Assembly (NCBI GenBank): GCA_963789265.1
Contig: CAWBKB010000003.1
Coordinates: 896,001-960,000 of the forward strand
Direction: 5' to 3'
DNA: 64,000 bases
DNA from: an uncultured delta proteobacterium
Lineage (GTDB): Bacteria; Desulfobacterota; Desulfomonilia; Desulfomonilales; Desulfomonilaceae
Position numbers and translations under genes: made by a program. Under the pieces are notes generated by a model. That model searched no databases. It saw nothing but the letters and a program-made list of their open reading frames with translations, and was not told the origin of the DNA. Positions 41,256 to 51,126 of the stretch are shown here, piece by piece. Position 1 is the first letter of the stretch; each line of letters opens with the position of its first letter.

Positions 41256-41826
41256 GCTGGGCATGGGCTTCCGGTGCTAAAGAAAGTGCCTCTAAACTTA
41301 TTCGATGCCCCAAATCGTGCCACGAAAATAGTTGGAGTTCTGGTTCCCAGTCCCGCGTTCCTCAGAGCGGCAATCTGCGTGGAGAGCAACAAGGCGGCTT
41401 CGTGCCTTACGGTTCGTCTTTTCTCGTCTGCCGTTCAAACGCCGGGCCCCCTGCTTGCCGGCCTTGCTTTGTGCCTCCCTATCGCGAGAACAAGCTGCAA
41501 ACGAACAGCTTCTCGTTATTGAGGTTGAATTTGGAACAATTTCTTTGTTAGCCCAAAACGAGCACCAGGCCATTTAAATAAAGTATTACTTTAAGAAAAT
41601 TGGATAACAACGCAGAATAAGAACAAATTAATGTTAGAAAATTCTTGACATTCCTCCCGGTTTGGGATAGGCATCAGGAGCATCATGTGAAGACCCGCCG
41701 CCGCGGGTCCTCTACGCAGCGGGAAAATCCGGTGCACTCCGGGGAAGGGGCAATCCCATTGCTAACGAGCATTCTCACCCATTCCAATGAGGGGCCAGAC
41801 TCTCCGGTTCATTACCACCTGGAGGT

Positions 41827-42798
41827 ATGCCTATGATAGCAAGGGGCTCGATGACAGTTCCCTGCGCTTTGATAACCCTCGCTGTCCTTCTATTAGCAAC
41901 GAGCCGGGCGTCGGCGTGGGAGCAGCAGTATCGCTATCCCGTTAAAGTCAAGGTTTCCGGATTCGGATCCTCCGACTCCAGAGTCGCAGGTATAGGCTCG
42001 AGGTTCCCACATGCGGACGCGGACTGGGACGTGGCGGCAGGACAACCCAGGCGAGAAATACTTTGTCCCCGACGAGGTTACTCAGTAGCTTTGGGAATGC
42101 GGCCGTTTTTTGCTTCCCTTATTGGCTCCAGCAAAGTGCTCAGCAAAGGCGCAGAAGGGGGATGGCTCAATTTTCAAGGTCAACTTCGCATCCCCTCTGA
42201 CAAAACGCAGTGGGAGTTTTATGCCAACCTCGATATGTGGGACAAGATTGGCCTGCGCTTGGAGTATTTGCCCTGGAGTTGGGGCGGATCAGGCCACATA
42301 CCTACTGACGGCAATTTCGGCGGGTTGCTTCTCAAGAAGGACGACGGCATCAATTCCGATCTAAATATCACGTCATTCTTGATAGGAGCGGATTACGAAG
42401 TGGCTTTCGGTCGGGACCTCATCTTCGGTCCCAACGCGGACCTTTACGTTACAAAATGGAGTCAGAGCGTAACCAAGGATACAGGCGAAGGTTTAGACTT
42501 TTCTCAGACAATACTACAGCCGGCGATTGGAGCCCACGTGAGATACGAGCCAACCAATACCGGTTATTTCTCCTGGTTTAAACCGGCCATAGAAGGACGA
42601 TTTAGCTGGATGAGCTTTAATGGATTGGGATTATCAACTTGGGACCTGGGTGCGGGTATAGCTCCTCCAGTGAGCAGGAATGTAGATGCAGGGATCAAAG
42701 TGGGTTACAAACAATGGAAGCTTGATGGTAGCAGGGGCCGGCTTTTCGCTGATGTCGACGTAGAAGGGCTGTACTTGGATTTGTCACTCCAATTTTAG
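41827..42798 (+). CDS. Hypothetical outer-membrane beta-barrel protein
   Basis: Signal peptide ending ASA-W, alternating amphipathic strands, C-terminal GLYLDLSLQF; GGAGG RBS. Confidence 0.65.
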   Translation: MPMIARGSMTVPCALITLAVLLLATSRASAWEQQYRYPVKVKVSGFGSSDSRVAGIGSRFPHADADWDVAAGQPRREILCPRRGYSVALGMRPFFASLIGSSKVLSKGAEGGWLNFQGQLRIPSDKTQWEFYANLDMWDKIGLRLEYLPWSWGGSGHIPTDGNFGGLLLKKDDGINSDLNITSFLIGADYEVAFGRDLIFGPNADLYVTKWSQSVTKDTGEGLDFSQTILQPAIGAHVRYEPTNTGYFSWFKPAIEGRFSWMSFNGLGLSTWDLGAGIAPPVSRNVDAGIKVGYKQWKLDGSRGRLFADVDVEGLYLDLSLQF

Positions 42799-42823
42799 CG
42801 AACTCCGTGTTCTTTGATGAGCG

Positions 42824-42859
42824 AAATCCCGCGGGGCAGACTCCCCGCGGGATTTTTTT
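42824..42859 (+). terminator. Rho-independent terminator
   Basis: AAATCCCGCGGGG-CAGACT-CCCCGCGGGATTT followed by a T run. Confidence 0.85.
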
Positions 42860-42871
42860 CAACTATTTCCC

Positions 42872-42901
42872 TTGACAGTTAATTTCAAACCCTCGTACAA
42901 T
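42872..42901 (+). promoter_or_regulatory. Sigma-70 promoter of the LexA-like repressor gene
   Basis: TTGACA-18 bp-TACAAT. Confidence 0.65.
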
Positions 42902-42999
42902 CTTGGCACAAATTTGCATCCTGGGGCAGTCCATAATATCATATATATCGGCTGATTGAACTCTCTATTCGGATAACCTCGCCGGTTACCGGGGAGAAT

Positions 43000-44043
43000 A
43001 TGAAAACGTTCGGAAAGTACGCTAAAGAGAGAATCACAAGGTTGGGGAAAAGCCAAAAAGATTTGGCCGCTGAACTCGGTGTTTCCCCGGCCTATATCTC
43101 TCAAATCTTCACCGGCAAGAAGAACCCGCCGGACCTTGGAAAACTAAAGAATCGATCTCAGTTACGGACTTGGTGCAGATTCCTTGGCGCATCCGAAGAA
43201 GAGATCCTGGATCTGGTCCGATACGAGCTTCATCGTGTTCCGCCGCGGCCGAATCCAAAGTTTCGCAATTTGCGGGACCTTCTTTTGAAACGCGTCAACG
43301 GCTCTCCGGCTGGGTTGATAGAAGAAATTCGCGGCATGGAGCTCCATCCGGCCGAGAACTTGGCTATTCAGGCGATGGTACAGATATACCTTTTGCTTGT
43401 GGAAGAGAGTGCCGACGGCAGGGCTCACGGCGCAGCGAGATTTAGGGATTTTTGTGCCCGTGCCAGGGCGAACAAAGATTTTGTAGAGGGAGAGTTGGTA
43501 AAGTTTTTCCAAAAGGAACCCTTCTCATGGTCCTGGGATGTCGAAACCAATGATGTCAGGTTCTTGTCTGAATCTGTTCAGATCCGCGAGGCAATGAACA
43601 GCTTGAGAAGCGTTCTCAAGACTCCGGGCCTTACCTACCCGGTGACTGTTCCGGTCGTTGCCCATGTGAGCGCGGGTGAGGGATTTGAATATACCGATGG
43701 AGGATTCGCCGCGGGCGAGGGATTCGATCAGGTGGAGATTCCGCCTGGTGTGGACCACAGGCTTGCTCACGCCCTATACTGTGTTAAAGTTCGAGGCGAT
43801 TCTCTTCGGGAATTCTTCGGCGATGGAACGCTGCTGTTCATAAAGCCCGAGTCATGGGAGGAGATTAAGGATGGGGATATCGTCATTTTCAAAGACCGGA
43901 ATGAGGGCAAAGCATTTGTGAAAAAAGTGGAATTCGCAGGTGAAAACCTGATTCTCAAATCCATGAACCCTCTTTATAAGCATAAGGTGTTGACCAAGTC
44001 GGATCTGTTGTTGCTCGAACGGGTCATGGCAATAATATTGTAA
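43000..44043 (+). CDS. XRE-HTH / peptidase S24 (LexA/CI-like) repressor with a long central region
   Basis: SQKDLAAELGVSPAYISQI HTH; VSAG cleavage site, VRGDSL serine, FVKK lysine, LKSMNPLY. Confidence 0.85.
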   Translation: MKTFGKYAKERITRLGKSQKDLAAELGVSPAYISQIFTGKKNPPDLGKLKNRSQLRTWCRFLGASEEEILDLVRYELHRVPPRPNPKFRNLRDLLLKRVNGSPAGLIEEIRGMELHPAENLAIQAMVQIYLLLVEESADGRAHGAARFRDFCARARANKDFVEGELVKFFQKEPFSWSWDVETNDVRFLSESVQIREAMNSLRSVLKTPGLTYPVTVPVVAHVSAGEGFEYTDGGFAAGEGFDQVEIPPGVDHRLAHALYCVKVRGDSLREFFGDGTLLFIKPESWEEIKDGDIVIFKDRNEGKAFVKKVEFAGENLILKSMNPLYKHKVLTKSDLLLLERVMAIIL

Positions 44044-44044
44044 G

Positions 44045-45130
44045 GTGAGTAGCTTGAGTACGGGCCTAAAACAATGCGCACTCATTTATTTGGGGGCCCT
44101 GGTGATTTTCGGGACATGGGGTGAGGTGAGGTCCAGCTTCGCTGGATGCCGGCCACCTCATTTTGATACTATTCCAGACGGTTTCCGCTACCGATTGCCC
44201 CCACGGATTGAAAAGAACGGGCTCGTATTTGCAACCAAGCGCATTCCAATCCATCGGAGAGACGTCCGTAACCGAATTCTCAAACAATTGAACTATCTTC
44301 TCCAGGATCGACGTTCAAAGGTAGTGTTGTGGCTTGCCAGAGCGGATTCACTCAGACCGATCATAGTGCCGATTCTTCGGAAATACGGCCTGCCAAGGGA
44401 ATTTCTGTACCTTGCTGCCATCGAAAGCAGTTATAACAGTCGCGCTCTCTCTTCCGCAGGGGCCTTCGGTTACTGGCAGTTCATAAAATCGACGGCCCGG
44501 TGCGGGCCCCGCGGATGCGACCAATACGACTGGAAGATGCCTATTACCAGTTGGAAGGATGATCGCGCGGACTTGGTGAACTCCACCCATTCTGCGGCCA
44601 AGTATCTTGCGTGGATGAATCGGGTGAAGAAAGTCTGTCTCGACGGAAAGACAGAACAGTTGGGTTTCAAGGACTGGCTTATTACGGCGGCCGCCTATAA
44701 CTCCGGCCCTACTAGGCTGATTCAGCGGCTAAGTTCTTTCCAAGCGCATTCATATTGGGACGTGCCGTTGCCGGTCGAGACAGAGAAATACGTGCCCCGA
44801 TGGATCGCTCTCGGCCTCATCAGCAGGGACCGAGACTTCTATGGAGTGCAAATCCCCTTATCTCGCACGATCGCTTTCGACGTAGTGCATAAAGTGCAGC
44901 TCGCGAAAGATCTCTCTTTTGCAACCATCGCTCGTCTCTTGGGCACCACGCCGCGCGCTATCTGGTCCTTGAATACCCGGATTCCTCCCGAAAAGGCGGT
45001 TTTCCCCGCCCGCTCCGGCCGCAGGTTCATAACCCATACAATTCATGTGCCAAAGGGGACTCGCGACAAGTTCCTGGCCCAGCTCGTTGCCCACGGCTAC
45101 ATCAAAAGACTGGCGTCGAGAAGGCCTTGA
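44045..45130 (+). CDS. Lytic transglycosylase (SLT domain, MltD-like)
   Basis: LAAIESSYN...SSAGAFGYWQF, AAYNSG, ETEKYVPR. Confidence 0.88.
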   Translation: MSSLSTGLKQCALIYLGALVIFGTWGEVRSSFAGCRPPHFDTIPDGFRYRLPPRIEKNGLVFATKRIPIHRRDVRNRILKQLNYLLQDRRSKVVLWLARADSLRPIIVPILRKYGLPREFLYLAAIESSYNSRALSSAGAFGYWQFIKSTARCGPRGCDQYDWKMPITSWKDDRADLVNSTHSAAKYLAWMNRVKKVCLDGKTEQLGFKDWLITAAAYNSGPTRLIQRLSSFQAHSYWDVPLPVETEKYVPRWIALGLISRDRDFYGVQIPLSRTIAFDVVHKVQLAKDLSFATIARLLGTTPRAIWSLNTRIPPEKAVFPARSGRRFITHTIHVPKGTRDKFLAQLVAHGYIKRLASRRP

Positions 45131-45357
45131 TTCTTTGATCAGAGGAACAGGGACCGGCCCGTGCCGTTTTTACCGGCAATTGGCGAGTTGCCCTGTGATC
45201 GGGTAAAAAGTATTACTGGACGCAAAGCGCGATCCCCAGAACCTACCAGCACGATTTTCCCGCGAATCGGCCGGTGCCGGCTTGCATCGGATTACGCCGA
45301 ATACGTCTCTAGCGGTTTTCCTTTAATTTGTTATCTACCTTTGCTAGGCCGATACGA

Positions 45358-45771
45358 TTACTTGCTCGCCACGAAACGAGACATCGCTTGGCCGCAAGCG
45401 CACCCGGGCTTGCTTACACGAGCGCATATCAAGTACCTGCCTGGGATGGGAGGGTGCCATAAGGAAACGAATCTTCCGTGTTGATCGGTGTACCCTTCAA
45501 TTCGTTGAAGCCGGTTAGGGAACTTGGAAGCCGTGTCGCCGAGCGACCAGAACTTGAGCACCACTCTTCCGTAATGAAGATCGAAGCCTTCAACTTCAGA
45601 TTTTAAAGCTATTTTTATTCCTTCGCTGCCGTTGACCTTGCAGCAGGCAGCTTCCAGAGAGACTGAAATAGCTCGTTCCGGTACCGAGCTTGCTTTGTAT
45701 TCCCATGCCCAAAATCCAAGAAGCGAGCTACCAAAGAGGATTGCTGCTGCGACCTTCCCCGCTGAGATCAT
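45358..45771 (-). CDS. Hypothetical exported protein (Ig-like beta pattern)
   Basis: GGGAGG RBS, MISAGKVAAAILFG signal-like start, GYTDQHGRF...PGRYLICARVSKPG. Confidence 0.55.
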   Translation of the reverse strand: MISAGKVAAAILFGSSLLGFWAWEYKASSVPERAISVSLEAACCKVNGSEGIKIALKSEVEGFDLHYGRVVLKFWSLGDTASKFPNRLQRIEGYTDQHGRFVSLWHPPIPGRYLICARVSKPGCACGQAMSRFVASK

Positions 45772-45821
45772 TGGGTTCCCTCCCCGTGGAAACCTTATTC
45801 GCTGAACACTTGCATTCAACA

Positions 45822-45837
45822 AGCAGGTTCTGTGCCA
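45822..45837 (-). promoter_or_regulatory. Sigma-54 (-24/-12) promoter
   Basis: Minus strand TGGCACAGAACCTGCT with GG-N10-GC spacing, about 50 bp upstream of ATG 45771. Confidence 0.6.
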
Positions 45838-46133
45838 CAAAGGTATTAGGCTCCGGTTATTAGAGAAACCTTGTGGATTCGGACTATTACAGCATTCTGA
45901 CCGGTGCCCGGCCCGCGAGCCCAAGTCGGAGCAGTAGTAAATTTAAGTGGAAATTCCACATATTCCAGGGCATATTCGTAATATGCCGAATAATCGAAAG
46001 AATAGATATGTGGAATCCACGATATGAGAATCAGGAGACCATCGTCTACAAATTTGTAAGATTTTTCTGAAGCGAAAAAGCAAGCGACGAATCCGACGCA
46101 TTCGCCCAAATGTAGTGTATGTACCTAAAATGA

Positions 46134-46209
46134 GGGCAGACACGTGGGTCTGCTCCTACGTATGTTGAATTGAACCCGTTTTGGTAGGGGCGGACCCATG
46201 TGTCCGTCC
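46134..46209. repeat. Two GTAG-family REP-like palindromes in divergent arrangement
   Basis: GGGCAGACACGTGGGTCTGCTCCTAC ... GTAGGGGCGGACCCATGTGTCCGTCC. Confidence 0.7.
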
Positions 46210-46440
46210 AATTCCACATATATCCGGCATCAGCACAATCTTCTTTATGCTATTGTCATGCATATCAAAATGAAATTGAATCCTTAGCTGCTATGGGGCA
46301 TTATCCATAACCGTTCTTTCGCTCAATTATAAAGCGCACGCGGCATGATGTGCCCAGGAGCCAAGCCCATTGCCGCCGCGGTTCGCTACAGTTACCCGTT
46401 TCATAGCAAATACGTGCAATTCCCTGTCTCGAGTAAACCT

Positions 46441-47007
46441 TCAGCCGCAAACGTCTTGGGCCTTAAGCGTGACAACAAAGAGGGACGATTCGGGGGTTGT
46501 CAGATTTCGGAAATTTGCCTTTGCCTCGGGCAGTAGATAAAGGCCGTCTCCTTCGCCCAAACTATAAAGTTCAGTATCAACTTCGGCTGTTACAGCTCCG
46601 CGTAGGCAGTACACGAAACCGTCTGTGGAAAGGCTTTCCAAAGAAACTTGCCGACCGGCTCCCTTCAGGATGACAATTTTGGCATCCATCCTCCTAAGAG
46701 AGACTTTGCCTGTGAGCAATTCCGTGGACACATGAGAAGAAAAAGTCTCCAGTTTGTCTCTTCCCCCTTTGGGGCATAATATTGCCTTTTTGTACAGCAC
46801 TTCATCCAAAAACACACCCGGACGGAGTCGGAATGCAGCGGCAATTTTCACGAGCGTGTTTAGTGTAGGTGAGGATTTGCCGAGCTCAATTGAACTGAGG
46901 TTCGAAGCCGCGATTCCGGTTATCTTGGACAAATCAATAAGCGAAAGCCTTTTCTTTTTGCGAAAGGCCCTGATCTGCGCCCCGACGTTGAGTTCGGAAG
47001 ATGACAT
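46441..47007 (-). CDS. XRE-family transcriptional regulator with cupin domain
   Basis: VGAQIRAFRKKKRLSLIDLSKITGIAASNLSSIELGKSSPTL HTH; YCLRGAV...LGEGDGLY cupin pattern. Confidence 0.85.
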   Translation of the reverse strand: MSSSELNVGAQIRAFRKKKRLSLIDLSKITGIAASNLSSIELGKSSPTLNTLVKIAAAFRLRPGVFLDEVLYKKAILCPKGGRDKLETFSSHVSTELLTGKVSLRRMDAKIVILKGAGRQVSLESLSTDGFVYCLRGAVTAEVDTELYSLGEGDGLYLLPEAKANFRNLTTPESSLFVVTLKAQDVCG

Positions 47008-47091
47008 GAACGTTTCCTCGTCGAATCGTTAGATATCGATTCACTTTCAAGCGAATAACACCTAGTTTCTGGTAGGGGCGGGTTTCAAACC

Positions 47092-47265
47092 CAATGCTGT
47101 TGACTTAAGGGACCTCCGTCTACCCCACCGTCACCCCGGCGAAGGCCGGGGTCCAGGGGAGATTAGGAAAACCTGGATTCCGGCCTCCGCCGGAATGACG
47201 AGGTGAAGGCCCGTCGAAGGAAAAGTTCCTGGACAAGGGGCATGCGGCTTAAGTCAACAGCATTG
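47092..47265. mobile_element. MITE-like element (174 bp), perfect 18-bp TIRs, perfect 11-bp target duplication, inserted into a REP
   Basis: CAATGCTGTTGACTTAAG...CTTAAGTCAACAGCATTG; GGTTTCAAACC at 47081-47091 and 47266-47276; removal restores GTAGGGGCGGGTTTCAAACCCGCCCCTAC. Confidence 0.85.
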
Positions 47266-47315
47266 GGTTTCAAACCCGCCCCTACGTGTCGTCGTGCCCG
47301 AGTACCCGGAGAACT

Positions 47316-47362
47316 GTAGGGGCGACTGACGGTCGCCCAGGGCGAATGCCATTCGCCCCTAC
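47316..47362. repeat. GTAG-family REP-like palindrome doublet
   Basis: GTAGGGGCGACTGACGGTCGCCC-A-GGGCGAATGCCATTCGCCCCTAC. Confidence 0.8.
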
Positions 47363-47494
47363 CATATCCGAACGACCGTCCGGGGTGACGAATGGCAGGC
47401 AGTCCCGCGTTCCGCTCGGGACTGCCCAACCATATCTTGTCCGGGATTGTCACACCTTTGACTGCGCATTCGTTTTAATGGTTACACAACTTCT

Positions 47495-48886
47495 CTAGTC
47501 AAACAGGAGGTCGGCCAATTCACTGATACGGGAAATCCCCTGCAACTTCATCCCCGCGGGGAGCGGCAGTTGCTCGGAATTCGAGCCCGGCGCGATAATA
47601 CGATGGAAGCCTAGTCTTGAGGCTTCATTGATCCGTGTAACTGCCCTGGACACTCGTCGAACTTCGCCTGCCAGGCCCACCTCCCCGAACACAAGAGTCC
47701 CTCCAGGAACGTTTCGATCCATAAAAGACGAGAGTAAGGCTGCCACTATCGCGAGGTCCGCAGCGGGTTCGGTGGCCCTAACTCCGCCGACCGCATTCAG
47801 GAATATATCTTGGTCGCCCAGTGTCAAACCAAGTTTCTTCTCGACAACTGCAATCATGAGAGCCAGCCGCTGGGAATCCGTCCCAAGGCACGTCCGTCGT
47901 CCCTGGCCCAGAGCCGGCCCGGTCACCAGTGCTTGGATTTCGGCTAGAATAGGGCGAGAACCTTCGACAAGGGCGGTGACTATGGAACCGGAGACCCCTT
48001 CCGGGCGCTCCGACAAGAAAAGTTCCGAGGGGTTGGCCACTTCGGTAAGCCCGCAGTCTCCCATTTCGAAAACGCCTATTTCGCTTGCCGAGCCGAATCG
48101 GTTCTTGACAGCCCTTAAGATTCGGTACGGATGACCCCGTTCCCCTTCAAAATAGAGCACAGTGTCCACTACATGTTCTAGCACTTTCGGCCCCGCCAGG
48201 GCACCGTCTTTTGTCACATGACCAACTATAAAACACGCGGAAGACCCTTTCTTTATGCATTCGAGAATTCTGCTCGCAACCTGGCGAACCTGCGATACGG
48301 TTCCCGCCTGAGCCTCAAAAGATTGGCTGAATACTGACTGTACCGAGTCCAGCACGATCACCGCTGCTTCGATCTGCACGATTTTGTCGATTATGGCTTC
48401 AAGTTCGTTCTCCACCAATACGAGGAAGTTTTCCGCCCCTATCCCGATTCGTTCGGCCCGAAGTTTGAGCTGCTCCGAGGATTCTTCGCCGGAAACATAA
48501 AGGACCTTTTCCCCCGCCTCGGCCATGCAGCTAAGGGCCTGCATCAATAGGGTGCTTTTCCCTATTCCCGGATCTCCTCCCACCAGGATCACACTGCGGC
48601 GCACAACACCTCCGCCGAGCACTCGGTTGAGTTCGTCGATGCCCGTGTCCAGTCTTTGGTGGGATTGGCCCTGTATAGCAGAGATCGGAATTATCGCTCC
48701 AGGCTCTTCATTGCCGCTTGAGGAATGTACCGCAGACGCTGAAAATGCACTGACCTCTTTTTCAACCACTGAGTTCCATTCGCCGCACCCCGGACATCGG
48801 CCCATCCATTTGAGAAGGTGCTTGCCGCATTTCTCACATACAAAAAGGATCTCACTTTTCAATTTAATCTTCACCCCTGAGAGCAC
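47495..48886 (-). CDS. radA: DNA repair protein RadA/Sms
   Basis: CEKCG...GRCPGC Zn finger, GGDPGIGKST, YVSGEES, KNRFG motif. Confidence 0.96.
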   Translation of the reverse strand: MLSGVKIKLKSEILFVCEKCGKHLLKWMGRCPGCGEWNSVVEKEVSAFSASAVHSSSGNEEPGAIIPISAIQGQSHQRLDTGIDELNRVLGGGVVRRSVILVGGDPGIGKSTLLMQALSCMAEAGEKVLYVSGEESSEQLKLRAERIGIGAENFLVLVENELEAIIDKIVQIEAAVIVLDSVQSVFSQSFEAQAGTVSQVRQVASRILECIKKGSSACFIVGHVTKDGALAGPKVLEHVVDTVLYFEGERGHPYRILRAVKNRFGSASEIGVFEMGDCGLTEVANPSELFLSERPEGVSGSIVTALVEGSRPILAEIQALVTGPALGQGRRTCLGTDSQRLALMIAVVEKKLGLTLGDQDIFLNAVGGVRATEPAADLAIVAALLSSFMDRNVPGGTLVFGEVGLAGEVRRVSRAVTRINEASRLGFHRIIAPGSNSEQLPLPAGMKLQGISRISELADLLFD

Positions 48887-49011
48887 ATTGATATCAGTGG
48901 CACCTCAATCCTTTTAACTTTTCCCCTCCGAGTCTACAACTACTACCCGCGATTTGCAGACTCTAAGCGCACCGTGTTATCCTACATTTCGTTTCATGCC
49001 GGACTAATAAA

Positions 49012-49992
49012 ATGGCTGCGTCCAACCCACGATATCGATCGTTTTCCTCTTGGCTCAAACAAATGTTCGATGAGCCCGTGCGTAAGATTACTCTTGATGC
49101 GGGATTAGGGTGCCCGAACCGTGACGGCACCTTCGGGTGGGGAGGATGCACATATTGCAATCCCCAAGGTTCAGGAACCGGGGCACAAAGCCGGGGGATT
49201 GGTTTGCGCGAACAAGTGGACAACGGCATTGCCTTCCTTGGCAAGCGATACAAGTGCAAAAAGTTCATTGCGTATTTCCAGTCTTTTACCAACACTTACG
49301 GAGATCCGGAGCGACTTGCCCAGTTTTACCGCGAGGCTTTGCGACGGCCCGAGGTCGTAGGATTGGCGGTTGGCACACGACCGGATTGCGTATCTGACCC
49401 GGTCCTGGATCTTCTTTCGGATCTGGGCCGCAGCCGGCTGGTCTGGGTAGAGTATGGATTGCAGTCGGCTCACCGACGTACCTTGGACCTGATTAATCGC
49501 GGTCACGGGCCGGAGGCTTTCTTTGATGCGGTCAAGCGGACCCGAGCACGTGGAATTAGTGTGGTGGTTCACCTCATACTCGGTCTGCCGGGTGAATCTG
49601 TGAGCGATATGGTGGAATCAGCAATTGCCGCGGCTGATGCCGGTGTAGCCGGCGTGAAGCTCCACCCTCTCTACGTGATACGAGGAACCGCGTTGGAGCA
49701 ACTGTACCTGGATGGCCGATATAGCCCGCTGACAGAGAAAGAGGCCCGGGAAGCCACGCTGTCCGTTTTGGAAGTGCTCCCCCCTGATATCGTCGTACAT
49801 CGGACGACCTCGGACCCTCACCCCGAAGAACTAGTTGCTCCTCTCTGGATGCTTGATCGGCCAGGCGTGAGGCGCCGTCTTCATGAGGCGATGGAAACAA
49901 GGAATTTCAGGCAGGGGACTCACTACAAGCAGCAAGCCCTAGATACTTCCTTCGCCGGTCATGAGCCTTGTGGAGATGAGACCAAGAAGTGA
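49012..49992 (+). CDS. TIGR01212/YhcC-type radical SAM protein
   Basis: KITLDAGLGCPNRDGTFGWGGCTYC, AYFQSFTNTY, GTRPDC, INRGH, GVKLHPL. Confidence 0.9.
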   Translation: MAASNPRYRSFSSWLKQMFDEPVRKITLDAGLGCPNRDGTFGWGGCTYCNPQGSGTGAQSRGIGLREQVDNGIAFLGKRYKCKKFIAYFQSFTNTYGDPERLAQFYREALRRPEVVGLAVGTRPDCVSDPVLDLLSDLGRSRLVWVEYGLQSAHRRTLDLINRGHGPEAFFDAVKRTRARGISVVVHLILGLPGESVSDMVESAIAAADAGVAGVKLHPLYVIRGTALEQLYLDGRYSPLTEKEAREATLSVLEVLPPDIVVHRTTSDPHPEELVAPLWMLDRPGVRRRLHEAMETRNFRQGTHYKQQALDTSFAGHEPCGDETKK

Positions 49993-50037
49993 GGCAACGC
50001 GGATATCAATAAGTACATAAATCAGTTGAAATCTGGA

Positions 50038-50247
50038 TTATTCCAGAACGAAAATCACTTCCGCTGTTACACGATATTCTTGAATTTGCCCGGCCTCGCA
50101 CATAACCCTAAATTCGGTGATCTTCATCCCGGTGATGTTTCTCAAAGTTTTGTTGGCCCGTTCGAAAGCTAATTTAACAGCATCGTCAAAGTTGTTCGGA
50201 GATCCCGCTATAACTTGAGTGATTCTTGCTACTCTTCCTTCTGCCAT
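50038..50247 (-). CDS. Dodecin-family flavin-binding protein
   Basis: 69 aa; GSPNNFDDAV...ANKTLRNI...EYRVTAEVIF; GGAGG RBS. Confidence 0.85.
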   Translation of the reverse strand: MAEGRVARITQVIAGSPNNFDDAVKLAFERANKTLRNITGMKITEFRVMCEAGQIQEYRVTAEVIFVLE

Positions 50248-50379
50248 TGTGCTTCCCTCCCTAGCCGGGTTGCCTCACATGATCAGACTAGAAGATCGTA
50301 ACGGCAGTTGTCAACTTTTCTTACCGGCCCGAACCGAAGTATGATTCCTGGAGCGCGTAGGCAAAAATAGAAAGGAAAA

Positions 50380-51126
50380 CTATTTCAGGATAGCGGCAAG
50401 CTTGGTCATTTCTCTATCGCTGAGGGTCCGCCACTCCCCGACCGGGAGCGTGCCCAATGAGAGGGGACCGAACCCGACTCTTCGTATTTTACGCACCGGA
50501 TGCCTTATCTGAAAGAAGATCCGCTTTATTTCGTTTTTTTTGCCTTCGTAGATCACCATTTTGATCCACGTAGTGGTCTTCTGCTTTTTGATGACAGACC
50601 ACTGCACGTCGCCAAGCCTCTCCCCCTCTCCGATGGACATCCCCCTTTTTATAGTGGCCAGTGACCGGTCGTCAGGCGTACCGCGCACTTTGACGAGGTA
50701 AGTTCGCGGAATTCTGTGCTTGGGATGACCCAATTTCTGAGCGAGCTGCCCGTCATTGGTCAATATCATTAGCCCTTCTACATCAAAATCCAGGCGCCCT
50801 ACCGCGAATAATTTCTTCTTTAGAGGCTTGAGAAGGTCTCCCAAACAGGGCCGTCCTTCCGGATCGCTCATTGTGGATACCACATTGCGCGGTTTATTGA
50901 ACATGTAATATGACCTTACGGCATCAGGACGACGCAGCAATTTTCCGTCCACTTTTATGTAGTCTTTGTCGGGATCGGCGGTCTGCGCGGGCTCAGTCAC
51001 GATGCGGCCGTTGAGCGTAACTCGCCCCTCCAGGATGATCTGCTCGGCTTTCCGCCGAGATGCGAAGCCCGAATCACGTATTATCAATTGAATTCTTTTT
51101 TGTGTCATGACTCTCTCGGAACTCAA
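50380..51126 (-). CDS. rluB: rRNA pseudouridine synthase (RluB/RsuA family)
   Basis: S4 domain SRRKAEQII, FNKPRNV, VGRLDFD, EGKKNEIKR. Confidence 0.85.
   Translation of the reverse strand: MSSERVMTQKRIQLIIRDSGFASRRKAEQIILEGRVTLNGRIVTEPAQTADPDKDYIKVDGKLLRRPDAVRSYYMFNKPRNVVSTMSDPEGRPCLGDLLKPLKKKLFAVGRLDFDVEGLMILTNDGQLAQKLGHPKHRIPRTYLVKVRGTPDDRSLATIKRGMSIGEGERLGDVQWSVIKKQKTTTWIKMVIYEGKKNEIKRIFFQIRHPVRKIRRVGFGPLSLGTLPVGEWRTLSDREMTKLAAILK

Noticed and set aside
41690..41820. Cobalamin-riboswitch-like fragment GGGAAAATCCGGTGCACTCCGG in the leader of the barrel gene
   Set aside because: The conserved CCCxxxACTGT and GCCAG..GACCTGCC parts of the B12 element are not evident; needs an Rfam scan.
42904..42918. 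Sigma-54-like TGGCACAAATTTGCA upstream of the LexA-like gene
   Set aside because: GG-to-GC spacing is 9, not the required 10, and a good sigma-70 promoter lies just upstream. A homopolymer deletion error cannot be excluded.
43000..45130. Prophage remnant (CI-like repressor plus muralytic enzyme)
   Set aside because: No integrase, Cro, replication or structural genes; the transglycosylase is a host MltD-like type with a signal-like N-terminus.
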